A DNA stretch of 64,000 nucleotides from the human T2T-CHM13v2.0 reference genome, Homo sapiens. Below, piece by piece: positions 30,801-46,470 of the stretch (its first letter is position 1; each line of letters starts with the position of its first letter). The notes below the pieces were generated by a model. That model made no database searches. It was not told the origin of the DNA and saw only the letters and a list, made by a program, of their open reading frames with translations. The position numbers were made by a program, and so were the translations under genes. Where the stretch lies: the NCBI RefSeq assembly GCF_009914755.1, contig NC_060928.1. The stretch is one strand, 5' to 3'.

Positions 30801-31989
30801 ACACTGGGAACAGTTTCAGTTCCTGGAAAAGGGGGAAGCAGATAAAACCTCCTGGAGTTGACAGTTTGTTCTCTGAGCCTGGCGCCAGTCTCTGTCAGAG
30901 GCCGGGGTGTTTCCCGGCAGCCCCCACCTGCCACCCTGTAGGGACTGCAAAGCCCTGGGCAGTCCCAGACCTGCTGCCTTCTGAAAGCTGCTGGAAGCTC
31001 AGCCTGAATTCTCCTGGTTCTCAGGCGTTTGGGGCATCTCATAATAAATCATCATTAGGTCACGAGGATCTTCAGGGGTGGGGTCTGAGCTTCCGAGACT
31101 GTGAGTTGGCACCTTGTTTCTCTCGCTTGCTCTGGAGAGGATTTTGTTAGAAATGCAGGAAAGGCTGACCCATACAGGGGGCTGAGACTTCGGGCCTAGG
31201 CCGGGTGGAGCATGCACCTCTCACCGGACGCAGCCCTGCAGTGTGGTAAAGAGGGAGGCAGGCAGTGCCAGCCCCAAGGCTCATCTGTTGCCAGATTCAG
31301 GGGGCACAACCGTGTCTCGTGGCAGGAAAATGGGCCCCGTTGCCATGGGTCAGGCAAGAAACAGAAGGAAGCATTTTGTTCAGAGAATGGCAGAAGCCAC
31401 CAGAAGCCCAGAGGCAACCAGTCCTGGGGAGTGAGGATGCCAGGAGCTGTTCTTCTCAGTGAGGACCTTCTGGACTGTGGGCTTCCTCCCTTGTAGACTT
31501 TGATTTTTAGACAAAAATGAGATTTAAAACAGCCTTTAAAAATGTTGGAGTTAAGTGTGGTGTTTACCCTAAACTGAGACTGAGAAGCTTACAGAGACTG
31601 ATGGGTGACGTCCCCTGATGACCACCTCCCCTCCCTCCAGGTGTGGCCGTCTCCCCCCAAGCTAGAGACTGAGCGGCCTTTCTGGGTTGATGTGAAGGTT
31701 TTTCTCTCCTGTGCTCACACACGCTCTCTCTCTTAAGTCTAAACCTGAGGTTATTTAGGGACAGACATTCATCAGGTTTAATTTTCTGTTCTGTGATGCT
31801 TTAACCTAACATGGACCGGTTGTTTTCCATTTCATACATGATTTCTCTGAAGTAAGAGTTTTTACACCTAATGCTCTGAGGTGCACTCTGCACTGAGCTG
31901 TCCTTCCAGCTGTGTGAGTCTATTTTTTGTCACAGTGCACAGGTTGCACACATTCCAGATCATTCAAGTTGATTCACAAGTGAGTGTAG

Positions 31990-33312
31990 CAGAGTTAAGT
32001 CAGCACCAGCCCTGTGGCATGTTGAAATCAGAGTTAAGTCAGCACTGGCCCCACAGTGTGTTGAAATCAGAGTTAAGTCAGCACTGGCCCCACAGTGTGT
32101 TGAAATCACAGAGTTAAGTCAGCACTGGCCCCATGGCGTGTTGAAACCACAGAGTTAAGTCAGCACTGGCCCCACAGTGTGTTGAAATCACAGAGTTAAG
32201 TCAGCACTGGCCCCATGGCGTGTTGAAACCACAGAGTTAAGTCAGCTCTGGCCCCCACAGTGTGTTGAAATCACAGAGTTAAGTCAGCACTGGCCCCATG
32301 GCGTGTTGAAACCACAGAGTTAAGTCAGCACTGGCCCCACAGTGTGTTGAAATCACAGAGTTAAGTCAACACCTGCCCTGCAGTGTGTTGAAATCACAGA
32401 GTTAAGTCAGCACCTGCCCTGCAGTGTGTTGAAATCACAGAGTTAAGTCAGCACCTGCCCTGCAGTGTGTTGAAATCAGAGTTAAGTCAGCACCTGCCCT
32501 GCAGTGTGTTGAAATCACAGAGTTAAGTCAGCACCTGCCCTGCAGTGTGTTGAAATCACAGAGTTAAGTCAGCACCTGCCCTGCAGTGTGTTGAAATCAG
32601 AGTTAAGTCAGCACCTGCCCTGCAGTGTGTTGAAATCACAGAGTTAAGTCAGCACCTGCCCTGCAGTGTGTTGAAATCACAGAGTTAAGTCAGCACCTGC
32701 CCTGCAGTGTGTTGAAATCAGAGTTAAGTCAGCACTCATCCCGCAGCATGTTGAAATCAGGGAGTTAGATCAGCACTGGCCTTGCAGCATGTTGAAATCA
32801 GAGAGTTCCAGCACTCGTCCCGCAGAGTGTTGAAATCAGAGTTAAGTCAGCCCTTGTCCTGCAGGTGTTGAAATCAGAGCGTTAAGTCAGCACTGGCCTC
32901 ACAGCGTGTTGAAATCAGAGACTTAAGTCAGAACTGGCCCCACAGTATTTTGAAATCAGAGAAGTCAGCACTCCCCCGACAGTGTGTTGAAATCAGAGTT
33001 AAGTCAGCACTCACCCCACAGCATGTTGAAATCGGAGTTAAGTCAGCACTCACCCCACAGCATGTTAAAATCAGAGTTAAGTCAGCACTCATCCCACAGT
33101 GTGTTGAAATCAGAGTTAAGTCAGCACTTGTCCCGCAGCATGTTGAAATCAGAGTTAAGTTCATACTGGCCTCGCAGTGTGTTGAAATCAGAGAGTTAAG
33201 TCAGCACTGACCCTGTAGCATGTTGAAATCAGAGTTAAGTCAGCACTCATCCCGCAGCATGTTGAAATCATAGTTAAGTCAGCACTCATCCCACTGTGTG
33301 TATCAGTCAACA
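31990..33312. repeat. Minisatellite, 39-41-bp unit gagttaagtcagcacctgccctgcagtgtgttgaaatca(ca), about 32 copies
   Basis: Seen directly; homogeneous centre, diverged ends. Confidence 0.96.
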
Positions 33313-33476
33313 CTTGAGGGAGTTATGCTTTGTGCTGACCCTTAGTGCAAAGTGTGTGGGTCACTGGGGGATGGCTGTGGGCCGATGGCACCTGCTTCAC
33401 CATGGTCCACGTTTTTAAGCTGTCCCAGGAGCTTCCCTGGGAGCATCCCCAGGACCCTCTGCTCTCTGTCTTCCAG

Positions 33477-33610
33477 GACCTTCTGGACCCTGCACGGTGG
33501 CGGATGCTGATCCAGCAGTTCCGGTACGACAACTACCGACTACACCAGCTGGGAAACAATTCTGTGTTCACCCTCACCCTGCAGGCTGGCCTCTCAGCCA
33601 TCAAGACACC
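33477..33610 (+). CDS. MAEA: MAEA exon 7, DLLDPARW...GLSAIKT(P)
   Basis: ttccag|GAC ... CC|gtatcct, 134 nt, phase 0/2. Confidence 0.95.
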
Positions 33611-35037
33611 GTATCCTACCTCCCGTGCGCAGTGCGGTTTGGCCTGGGGTTGGCATCTTTGGTCATATTTTAACACGCTGACCCTGCACCTTGCCACTCT
33701 TGTCCTCCCACCACAGACAGCCCCGAGCTCCCGTGTGCTGCACTTGCGTGGTGTCTGGATGGTCGGGGTGGGGCCGTGTTGAGGGGCCTCGGATGCGTCG
33801 TGCAGCCTTCACTCTGGGAAGTGGCGCGCTTCCTCTCTCATCATCTCAGAGGCCGCCATGGGCATTGATCTAAAAGCCCGATTTTGATGTGTTCTGGCAG
33901 CCGGCAGATTACCATTCAGAATAGTTTTCCCGTGTGATTACCAAGAACCTTGCCTGTGACTGACTCTGTCCCGCCTGTGACTGACTCTGTCCCACCTGTG
34001 ACCGACTCTGTCTGCCTGTGACTCTGTCCCTGCCTGTGACTGACTCCATCCTGCCTGTGACTCTGTCCCACCTGCGACTCACTGAGTTCCTGCCTGTGAC
34101 TCACTCGGCTCCCGCCTGCAACGGACTTGGTCCCTGCCTGCGACTCACTGTGGCCCTGCCTGTGACTGAGTCTGTCCCGTTTGTGACTGATTCCTTCCTG
34201 TGACTGACTCTGTCCCACCTGCAACTGACTTCTTCCTGCCTGTGACAGACTCTGCCCCTGCCTGCGACTGAGTCTGTCCCTTCCTGCAACTGAGTCCATC
34301 CCGCCTGTGACTCTGTCCTCGCCTGTGACTGACTCTGCCCCTGCCCTGTGACTGTCTCACCTGTGACTGACTCCGTCCTGCCTGTGACTCAGCCTCTTAC
34401 TGACTCTACCCCTGCCTGTGACTGACTCTGCCCTCTCCTGTGACTGACTCTGTCCCCACCTGTGACTGACTCTGTCCCCACCTGTGACTGACTGTCCTCC
34501 TGCAACTGACTCTGTCCCCGCCTATGAATGTCTTTCATGTGACCTGCCTCAGGCCCAGAGGGCAGTGAGTGTTTCGCGATTGCTGCTGGTACCTGGCTGT
34601 GCCGGGGTATGAATGAGACTCAGGCCCCCTCCCTTGTCCCCTCTTTGTGGAACTCTGGGCGAGAGGGCTGGCGTGCTTGCCCACTGCCTGTTCCTAGGTG
34701 CCAGCAGAACGTCCCTGCTGGGTGGCTCTTGTCCTGCCTGGAGAGGTTGCGTGGCCGGGGAGAGGGCGGCGGGCGACGGAGCCACTCTGTGCCTGTGGTC
34801 CTGGTGCTGGAGGCCGGGGTGAGAAGGCGCAGGCTTCTTGTCTCCACCGAGGCCTCAGTGGGGCTGTTTAGCTGTCGAGTGCAGCACTTCCTGTGCCTCG
34901 AAAGACAGCCCCGTGTAGTCAGCATGGCGCCCACATAGCCAGAAGGGCACGCAGCCCAGGGCAGAGTGGCCACAGGGGGCTGGGCTCACCCCGGCTGCCC
35001 TGAGTGGCCCCCAACCCTTCCTTGACCCGATGCTCAG
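33611..35037 (+). other. MAEA: U12-type (minor spliceosome) GT-AG intron of MAEA
   Basis: 5' site GTATCCTA; branch site TTCCTTGAC at 35018-35026, 11 nt before the end of the intron; no polypyrimidine tract between branch site and AG. Confidence 0.9.
33950..34525. repeat. Pyrimidine-rich ~18-22-bp degenerate minisatellite (cctgtgactgactctgtccc)
   Basis: About 25 copies seen directly. Confidence 0.93.
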
Positions 35038-35233
35038 ACAGTGCTACAAGGAGGACGGCAGCTCCAAGAGCCCTGACTGCCCTGTGTGCAGCCGCTCCCT
35101 GAACAAGCTGGCGCAGCCCCTGCCCATGGCCCACTGTGCCAACTCCCGCCTGGTCTGCAAGATTTCTGGCGACGTGATGAACGAGAACAATCCGCCCATG
35201 ATGCTGCCCAACGGCTACGTCTACGGCTACAAT
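35038..35233 (+). CDS. MAEA: MAEA exon 8, (P)QCYKEDG...CPVC...GYVYGYN (RING-like region)
   Basis: tgctcag|A CAG ... AAT|gtgagg, 196 nt, phase 2/0. Confidence 0.96.
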
Positions 35234-35237
35234 GTGA

Positions 35238-35468
35238 GGGGGGCAGGGCAGGGGGGCCAGGCTGGCACGCATCGCCATCGGGACAGGGCTGTGTGGGACG
35301 GGCAGGGCAGGGGGGCCAGGCTGGCACGCATCGCCATCGGGACAGGGCTGTGTGGGACGGGCAGGGCGGGGGGCCAGGCTGGCACGCGTCGCCATCGGGA
35401 CAGGGCTGTGTGGGGCGGGCAGGGCAGCGGGGCCAGGCTGGCACACGTCGCCATTGGGACAGGGCTGT
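35238..35468. repeat. G-rich ~59-bp minisatellite, about 4 copies, starting immediately after the exon 8 donor
   Basis: gggcagggcaggggggccaggctggcacgcatcgccatcgggacagggctgtgtgggac repeated. Confidence 0.93.
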
Positions 35469-35689
35469 CCTCTCGCCCCACCCTGCCTTAGCTTCGTTCG
35501 AAATGGATGAAGGGGTGGGAAGGACAGGCGAGGTGGCCCCGGGATTTCTTTGGCAGGTGTGCCTTCGGGAAGGAACTTTGCCTGAGAGGATGAGTCATTC
35601 CCTGGTGGTTCATTGTGGGGATTTTCCATGGAAATCCGTGTGTACGTTGTAGTCGCTTGCCTTAATGCATTCCCGGTTTTATTTTTCAG

Positions 35690-35785
35690 TCTCTGCTTTC
35701 TATCCGTCAAGATGATAAAGTCGTGTGCCCGAGAACCAAAGAAGTCTTCCACTTCTCACAAGCCGAGAAGGTGTACATCATGTAG
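35690..35785 (+). CDS. MAEA: MAEA exon 9 coding part, [31 protein letters not shown]
   Basis: ttttcag|TCT ... ATG TAG; completes the 396-aa frame. Confidence 0.97.
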   Translation, partial: SLLSIRQDDKVVCPRTKEVFHFSQAEKVYIM

Positions 35786-36703
35786 GCCCCACGTCGTGAA
35801 GCGCACGCCTCGGGGACGGGCTGCAGTGGGCGGGGAGGCCACGCCTTCCTCCTGTCCCACGCTCCAGCCTGCCGCGGCGTTTCTGTTTCTTGCGACCAAA
35901 GATCCGTGAGCAACGATAAATACTCTTAGGAAGAGAGAAAATAAGGTTTCATAAGTTTGTACTTGAAAACATTTGGATTGGTAGGATTTTGTAACACGTC
36001 AACCATTTGATGCTTCTGAAAAGTACTTTCAACTTGCGAAGGAAACTCTTCTTTAAAGACTGACCTAAACACCGAGGGAAACTTAAGAACGTTTAAAATA
36101 TAGGAGTCCGTGATTTCCCTGTGTTTTCAGTTTCTTTCCTTCTGTGAACGATGAGACTTGGAGAACGGGCTGGTCCTTCACCACTTCCTGTTGGCCCTGG
36201 CCTGGCCGGGGAAGGTGGCAGCGGCACCGGACTGACCTGCAGTGACCCGCGATGCCGCGCCACGAGGGACACTTATGGCTTCATTCGAGAGCTGCTGCCA
36301 AAACGCCTGGCGCCGCCACCGTCGGGGGCTGGCTTCGAGGACGCCCGCCTGCCTCGCGGGTCGTGTCCGCGGGACTGTGTTCGTACGTGCATAGTTTCGA
36401 TATCACATCGCGGGGCTGTGTTCGTAGCTGCGTCGTTTCGATATCACACCCTCTGTGTGCCGCCTTACTTCCTGCTTCGAGAATGTATAACGTGGAAATC
36501 CACGGGACCAAATTTCTGCAGAGGCCTTGCCGGATGGTTCCATAACTGTAGAGTCTAATTGCTATCCATTACAGAAATTAATCGTTCAGTTGAAAGAAGT
36601 ACTGATGACTTTTCAAAACAAATGAACCACCGTAGCTGACAGAGAACCGTATCGTAGAGGTTTGTAGTTAGTGCTTATTTTTGCATGTTGATGTTGACTA
36701 GCT

Positions 36704-36735
36704 AATAAACTGTAAATGTAAACCATGCGAATAAA
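36704..36735 (+). terminator. MAEA: MAEA polyadenylation signals (AATAAA at 36704-36709 and 36730-36735); 3'UTR ~35786-36755
   Basis: Two canonical hexamers, TGTA elements nearby, T/GT-rich downstream sequence. Confidence 0.85.
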
Positions 36736-37974
36736 ATGGTTTTCTATTTCTCATTTCCGTGTGAGCCGAGGCTGCCGTGCGTTTCTAACACCGAGGTTGT
36801 GTTCTGCTCCTCCCCGGGGCCCGGGCAGCATGGCGGGCATATGCGTAGCTTCTGGCACCACGGCCACCGGGAGTTGAGAAGCCGGCTGGAGGCCACTCCT
36901 GCCCGGACCGCAGTCCTCCTCTCGGGCGCTGCCCTGAGGCGTGATGGCCCCAGCGTCTTGAGGCCCCGGCTTGCAGCTGGGTGAATCAGACACTGGTTCC
37001 TGGGACCCGCGGGCCATTGTCTGTTGGGGGTGGGGGCTCAGGCTGCAGCCACCAGCAAGCCTGGGCCTGCGGCTTGGGCTGAGTCTAGGGTTGGGCTAAG
37101 GAGGCCTGCGGGCTGTGGCCACTGGCCCTTCCCCCCACCGCCCACCCCTGTTCTCTCCAGTGCCCCGTCGCAGCTCCTGTGGCCAGCCTGGTGCCCCTTA
37201 GCCCATCTCTTACCCCATGGTGGCTGCCCTGGCCCCTCCACAGCACCCAGCTGGAACCCACCACATTCCCACGTGCTCTTCTTTGGAGCGCCCGTCCCCA
37301 GGTCCCCTCGGCCGAAGCAGACCCTGTGGCCCCACTGCCACGCAGCCGCCCCGGCCTCCACCGTCCTCACGTGCAGGGGCTTTCCTTGTCTTGCGTCCTG
37401 TTCTTTCCTTTTTAACTCGAGTAGAACATACTGGAGCACACACATTCTAAGTTCACATAACGAATTTCTGTGTAACATGCATGTAACCACCAAACAGACT
37501 GTTCCCAGCCCCTGGCCTTGCCCGGTCAATATCCTGGTCAGTCATCATTGGAGTGGCGCACCCCGGCCCTGAGCTCCTCGAACACAGAGCCACATGGCGT
37601 GGGTCCGTGGCTCAGCGTTACTCGGCGGCTCAGCCCTGGCACGGCAAAGTCTTGCCTGGTTACAGGCCTGTGCTCTCCAGGCAGAACAAGCGCAGCGGCC
37701 TGGCCCCTCTCCCGCCGGTGGACATCAGGCGGTGTCCAGGTAAAGCTGCTGTGAGCACTCCGGGAGGTGACCCTTGCTGGACGCATCATTCTTTTGTGGG
37801 GAGATGCCGAGGAGTTGCCATTGCTGGGCCACGTGTCCACTCAGCAGACACTGACGGTTTGTTAAAGGGGTTGCACCCACTTCTGCCCATCTGCTCCACA
37901 TCCACACCAGCGAGTGGCACTGGGAGTCTTGAATGTGAGATGTTTTGTTGGTTGTGTTATCTCGCTGTACTCTT

Positions 37975-40860
<2,886 letters not shown>

Positions 40861-40865
40861 TTTTA

Positions 40866-42766
<1,901 letters not shown>

Positions 42767-42889
42767 TTAAAATAATTGCTTTACTGAGATATAACTCACA
42801 CATCCTGAAACCCACCCTGTAAAAACACGATTAACAGAGTTGTGAGCTACCACCACCGTAATGCAAGGGCACGCCCATCCCCCCGAAAA

Positions 42890-44300
42890 AGAAACCCCGG
42901 CCCGCCGCCGGCGGCCCCCGCCCTGCACCCAGCCCCGGGAGCCCAGTCGGGCGTCTGCTCTGCGTGGCCTGTGCCGGGCGCCCCGCGAGTGGGGTCCACA
43001 CCACGCTCCTCCGAAGCCACGGTTTCCCAAGCGCGGTCTCCAGGTCCGTCCGTCCGCAGCCGACCTCGCACTCCCCTGCGTTCGAGGCTGCGGACTTCGG
43101 CGGCAGGACGGACGGCGCCTCTGCTTCTCATTCCGCCCAGGGCCAGCCCGGGCCCAGGGGTACCTGCTGTGCGTCTGGCGCCGAGGTGGGCCCCGAAGAC
43201 CCCCAAGCCCGCCCAGGGATTCCCTTCCCGAGGCCGGAGCGGGGAGGCGCCGCGGGGTTCAGGGCGCCCTGCGCGGGGCGAGCTCGGGGGCGGGGGCCCG
43301 CGCCCGCCCGTCTGGGCGGTCCTCACCGGCCCTCTGCAGGTGAAGGGACCTGGCTGCGAGCCCGCGGGCGGGCGTGGCGTTGAGGCCCAGACCGGAACTT
43401 CCTTTCGGCCTCAGTTTCCCGGCCGGCCCCGCCCCCGGCGCCCGTACATGCGGCCCCTTTAAGGACTTTCTGCGCCCTCCCGCCTCTTTTTTCTCGTGCG
43501 TCCCCCTCCCCACCCCCGGCAGCCTGCCTCGCCCTCGCCGGGAGCGCGCCTACGTCACCGCGCAGACCTCGGCCGCGTCTTTGCGCCTGCGCCTCCTGGG
43601 CTGGGGTGAGCCATTGGCTGTCGAGCTCAGGGCACGTGCTAGGGGGCGGGGCCTTGACCGGAAAGGGTGGGGCAACGGCGAGAAAGGCCGCGTCGAGCGG
43701 TAGGTGCAGTCGTCGCTGTGGTGACCCCAGGTCCTGATGCGTCCGGCCCAGGGCCAGCCAATGGCGGTAGAGGTCTTGGGCACCTGACAAGAGGGGCGGT
43801 CCCCCCGCCGGAAGGGGCGGGGCGAGGCGAGCGGCCGCGTCAGCGGTAGGTGGGGCTGTGGTTACGCTGCCGGGCGGGGGTCGCGCCGGTTCGGTCCCCG
43901 GGGCTCTGCGGGCGCCGGGCAGAGACCTGCGGCCAGGGCGTGTCCCGTGTGCCCGAGAGCGCCGGCGGCGGGGCCGGAGGGCGGGCCCTGGGCCGAGTGA
44001 CAGGCCGCAGCCCCCCGAGCACCGTCGAAGCCGGCGCGCCCGCCCGGTGCAGCCGCTGTGCGAGAGCGACCCCGCGGTCCAAGCCTCGCGTGGCCCTGCC
44101 GGGCCCCTTCTTTCCCCGAGTAGGGCGCAGCTTCCCAGCCTCCGCCCCGGCCTCGCCTGGCGCTTCCTTCCGGGTCCTTCGGCCTTTCCCTGGCGGTGCG
44201 GCAGGCCCTCGCCTCATCCCACCAGGCACGCCGCGGTGCTCGGCCCTGGGTATCCGGGCAGGCTGCCTCCGTTAGGGCCGCCCCTGCTCTCCGGACGCGA
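42890..44300 (+). promoter_or_regulatory. UVSSA: CpG-island promoter and non-coding first exon region of UVSSA
   Basis: Very dense CpG; GC boxes (43643-43652, 43814-43823), CCAAT in both orientations (ATTGG 43613, CCAAT 43758), NRF1-like TGCGCCTGCGC 43582, E-box CACGTG 43633, ETS CCGGAAG 43808; TSS not resolvable. Confidence 0.88.
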
Positions 44301-44707
44301 CTTTTCATTGGTCTCAGAATTTCTTGGCTCCTCTTGGCCTCTGCAGCCTTGCTGGAGGCTGCCCTGCGGAATCTGAGTGAATAAGGGAAACAGCAACAGT
44401 CACGTTGGGGAAAAGCTGATTCGGACAGCGCCACTGGTTCCTTTAACGCACGACCCTCAATGCAGCGTCCCACACACGGGATTGTAGAGGTCCCGAGTTT
44501 AAGGTTCACTTTTAAAACTGCAATCACCGCCGTAAAGGCCTTGCTGGACACACATATTTCCCAGAGAGGCACCCACAGATGGACCCCAGCCTCAGGGTCC
44601 TCCCGGAGCTTTCGGTTTATAGTGGAACCCAGTAAACACGTTAATAACACCGAGAGCTATAAAATACAGATGGTGATATAGCATCTCTGCCTTACTTATT
44701 TCTAGAT

Positions 44708-44805
44708 ATGGATCAGAAACTTTCGAAGTTGGTAGAAGAGCTCACAACTTCAGGAGAACCCCGACTAAATCCTGAGAAAATGAAGGAACTGAAGAAAATT
44801 TGCAA
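44708..44805 (+). CDS. UVSSA: UVSSA first coding exon, [32 protein letters not shown](K) (VHS domain start)
   Basis: Acceptor ttctag|AT ATG (exon starts 44706); donor AA|gtatgt. Confidence 0.95.
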
Positions 44806-45565
44806 GTATGTCTTAGGGTTCAGTAACAGTAACTGACTGGCCCACTGAGCCCAGGACACACACAGGGCCCTGCCCTCCTGCCCCCACCTGGGAGAGAACC
44901 ACCCGAGGGACACACCCAGGACATTTTCTCGGGGCCCTGCAGTACCCGGCTCTGACGGGTGGTCATGTTCTGGGGTCGGGGCGTGTGGCGTTGGGGACCC
45001 CACTGCTCTGTGGTTGGTGCTTCTCTTCATTCCCATTTGTGTGGTCTGGAGCACATCCTGTAGGAGTTCTTGAGTGCACAAATGTGATTCAGAGAGAAAC
45101 GTGCATCTTTTTCTTTGCTGCTGGACTTTTCGAAGGGAAAGAATAGAGCTTGCTGATGGGCGAGTTGGTCCATCGCCTTTAGGGTATGTCCACCTCTGTT
45201 CACTTCCTCCAAGGAAAACGCCGGAGGGGATCTCTGCCGTCACCCTCAGGCAGCCAGAGATTCATGGGGGAAGCAAAACTTCCCCTCGGAGGGTGGAGCA
45301 TAAGTCGAGGACACTGATTATTCTGTATCCTGTGTTTGTAAAATGGCAGTTTATAGATTGTTTATACAGTGATGGAGTGTTGACATTTTGATAGAAAATT
45401 TCAGGTCAGGTTTTGTGGCCTGCGCCAGGAAATCGAATTCGCAATGGTTTATGTGGGGTCAGGAGCTGGGAATAGGAGCATTCAGGAGGGGCTGGGAGAT
45501 GTCCCGAGCTCTAGGCCTTCCTTCCTTCCTGCAGCAGGAGGCACCCAGCTGAAACAGTGTGCGTG

Positions 45566-45722
45566 CTGGGCGGTGTGCGTTGTGCCAGGCGGTGTGTGTT
45601 TGTGCCGGGCGGTGTGCGTTGTGCCGGGCGGTGTGCGGTTTGTGCCAGGCGGTGTGTGTTTGTGCCGGGCGGTTGGCGTTTGTGCCGGGCGGTGGGCGTT
45701 TGTGCCGGGCGGTGTGTGTTGC
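45566..45722. repeat. ~19-20-bp GT-rich minisatellite, about 8 copies (gggcggtgtgcgtttgtgcc)
   Basis: Seen directly. Confidence 0.9.
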
Positions 45723-45904
45723 GCTAGGTAACGTGTGTTTAAAGAGCCAGATGGTTTGTGTTTCAGGCTTTGCTGTAATGCCTCAGTTGTGAACACAGCT
45801 GTAGATGATGTAGGTGGATAGATGGGCGACGTTCCAATGACACTTTGTGAATGAACACCGACATTTGAAGTGTATATGATTTTCACATTTCACCAAGTAT
45901 TTTT

Positions 45905-46000
45905 TGTTTGTATTGACATTCTTGGCTTGTGGGCCACACAGAAACAGGCAGGGGCTGGGGAGGTAGATGTGGCCCTTGGGCAGTAGTTTGCAGACCCTGC
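45905..46000. mobile_element. MER58-like fragment
   Basis: cattcttggcttgtgggccacacagaaacaggc...ggcccttgggcagtagtttgcagaccctg. Confidence 0.55.
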
Positions 46001-46139
46001 TCTAGAAAAGGGGAGAATGAAGATGGGAAGGCAGTGGTGGTCCCTGCCACACGTGCGTGCGGCATCCATGCACGGAGAGTCTCCCCCCGCCCATCCTCTG
46101 CGTGTGGGGCAGTTGGGTCAGGCCAGCTCGCATCCCCAG

Positions 46140-46470
46140 GTCTTCAGAGGAGCAGCTGAGCCGCGCCTACCGCCTGCTGATAGCACAGCTGACCCAGGAG
46201 CACGCCGAGATCCGTCTCTCAGCCTTCCAGATTGTGGAGGAACTCTTCGTCAGGTCTCACCAGTTCCGGATGCTGGTTGTTTCCAACTTCCAGGAGTTCC
46301 TGGAGCTCACGCTGGGCACAGACCCCGCACAGCCTCTGCCGCCCCCCAGGGAGGCGGCACAGAGGCTGAGGCAGGCGACCACCCGGGCCGTGGAAGGGTG
46401 GAATGAGAAGTTTGGGGAGGCCTACAAGAAGCTTGCCTTGGGCTACCACTTCTTAAGACACAACAAAAAG
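46140..46470 (+). CDS. UVSSA: UVSSA coding exon 2, [10 protein letters not shown]...FLRHNKK
   Basis: ccccag|G TCT ... AAG|gtaggt, 331 nt, phase 2/0. Confidence 0.96.

Noticed and set aside
30109-31150. Pro/Cys/His-rich ORFs of 230-293 aa in all three + frames
   Set aside because: VNTR artefact; all frames are open
31990-33312. CRISPR-like look: constant tgttgaaatcagagttaagtcagcac alternating with short variable segments
   Set aside because: The variable segments are only ~12 nt and homologous to each other, there are no cas genes, and the context is a primate intron; it is a minisatellite
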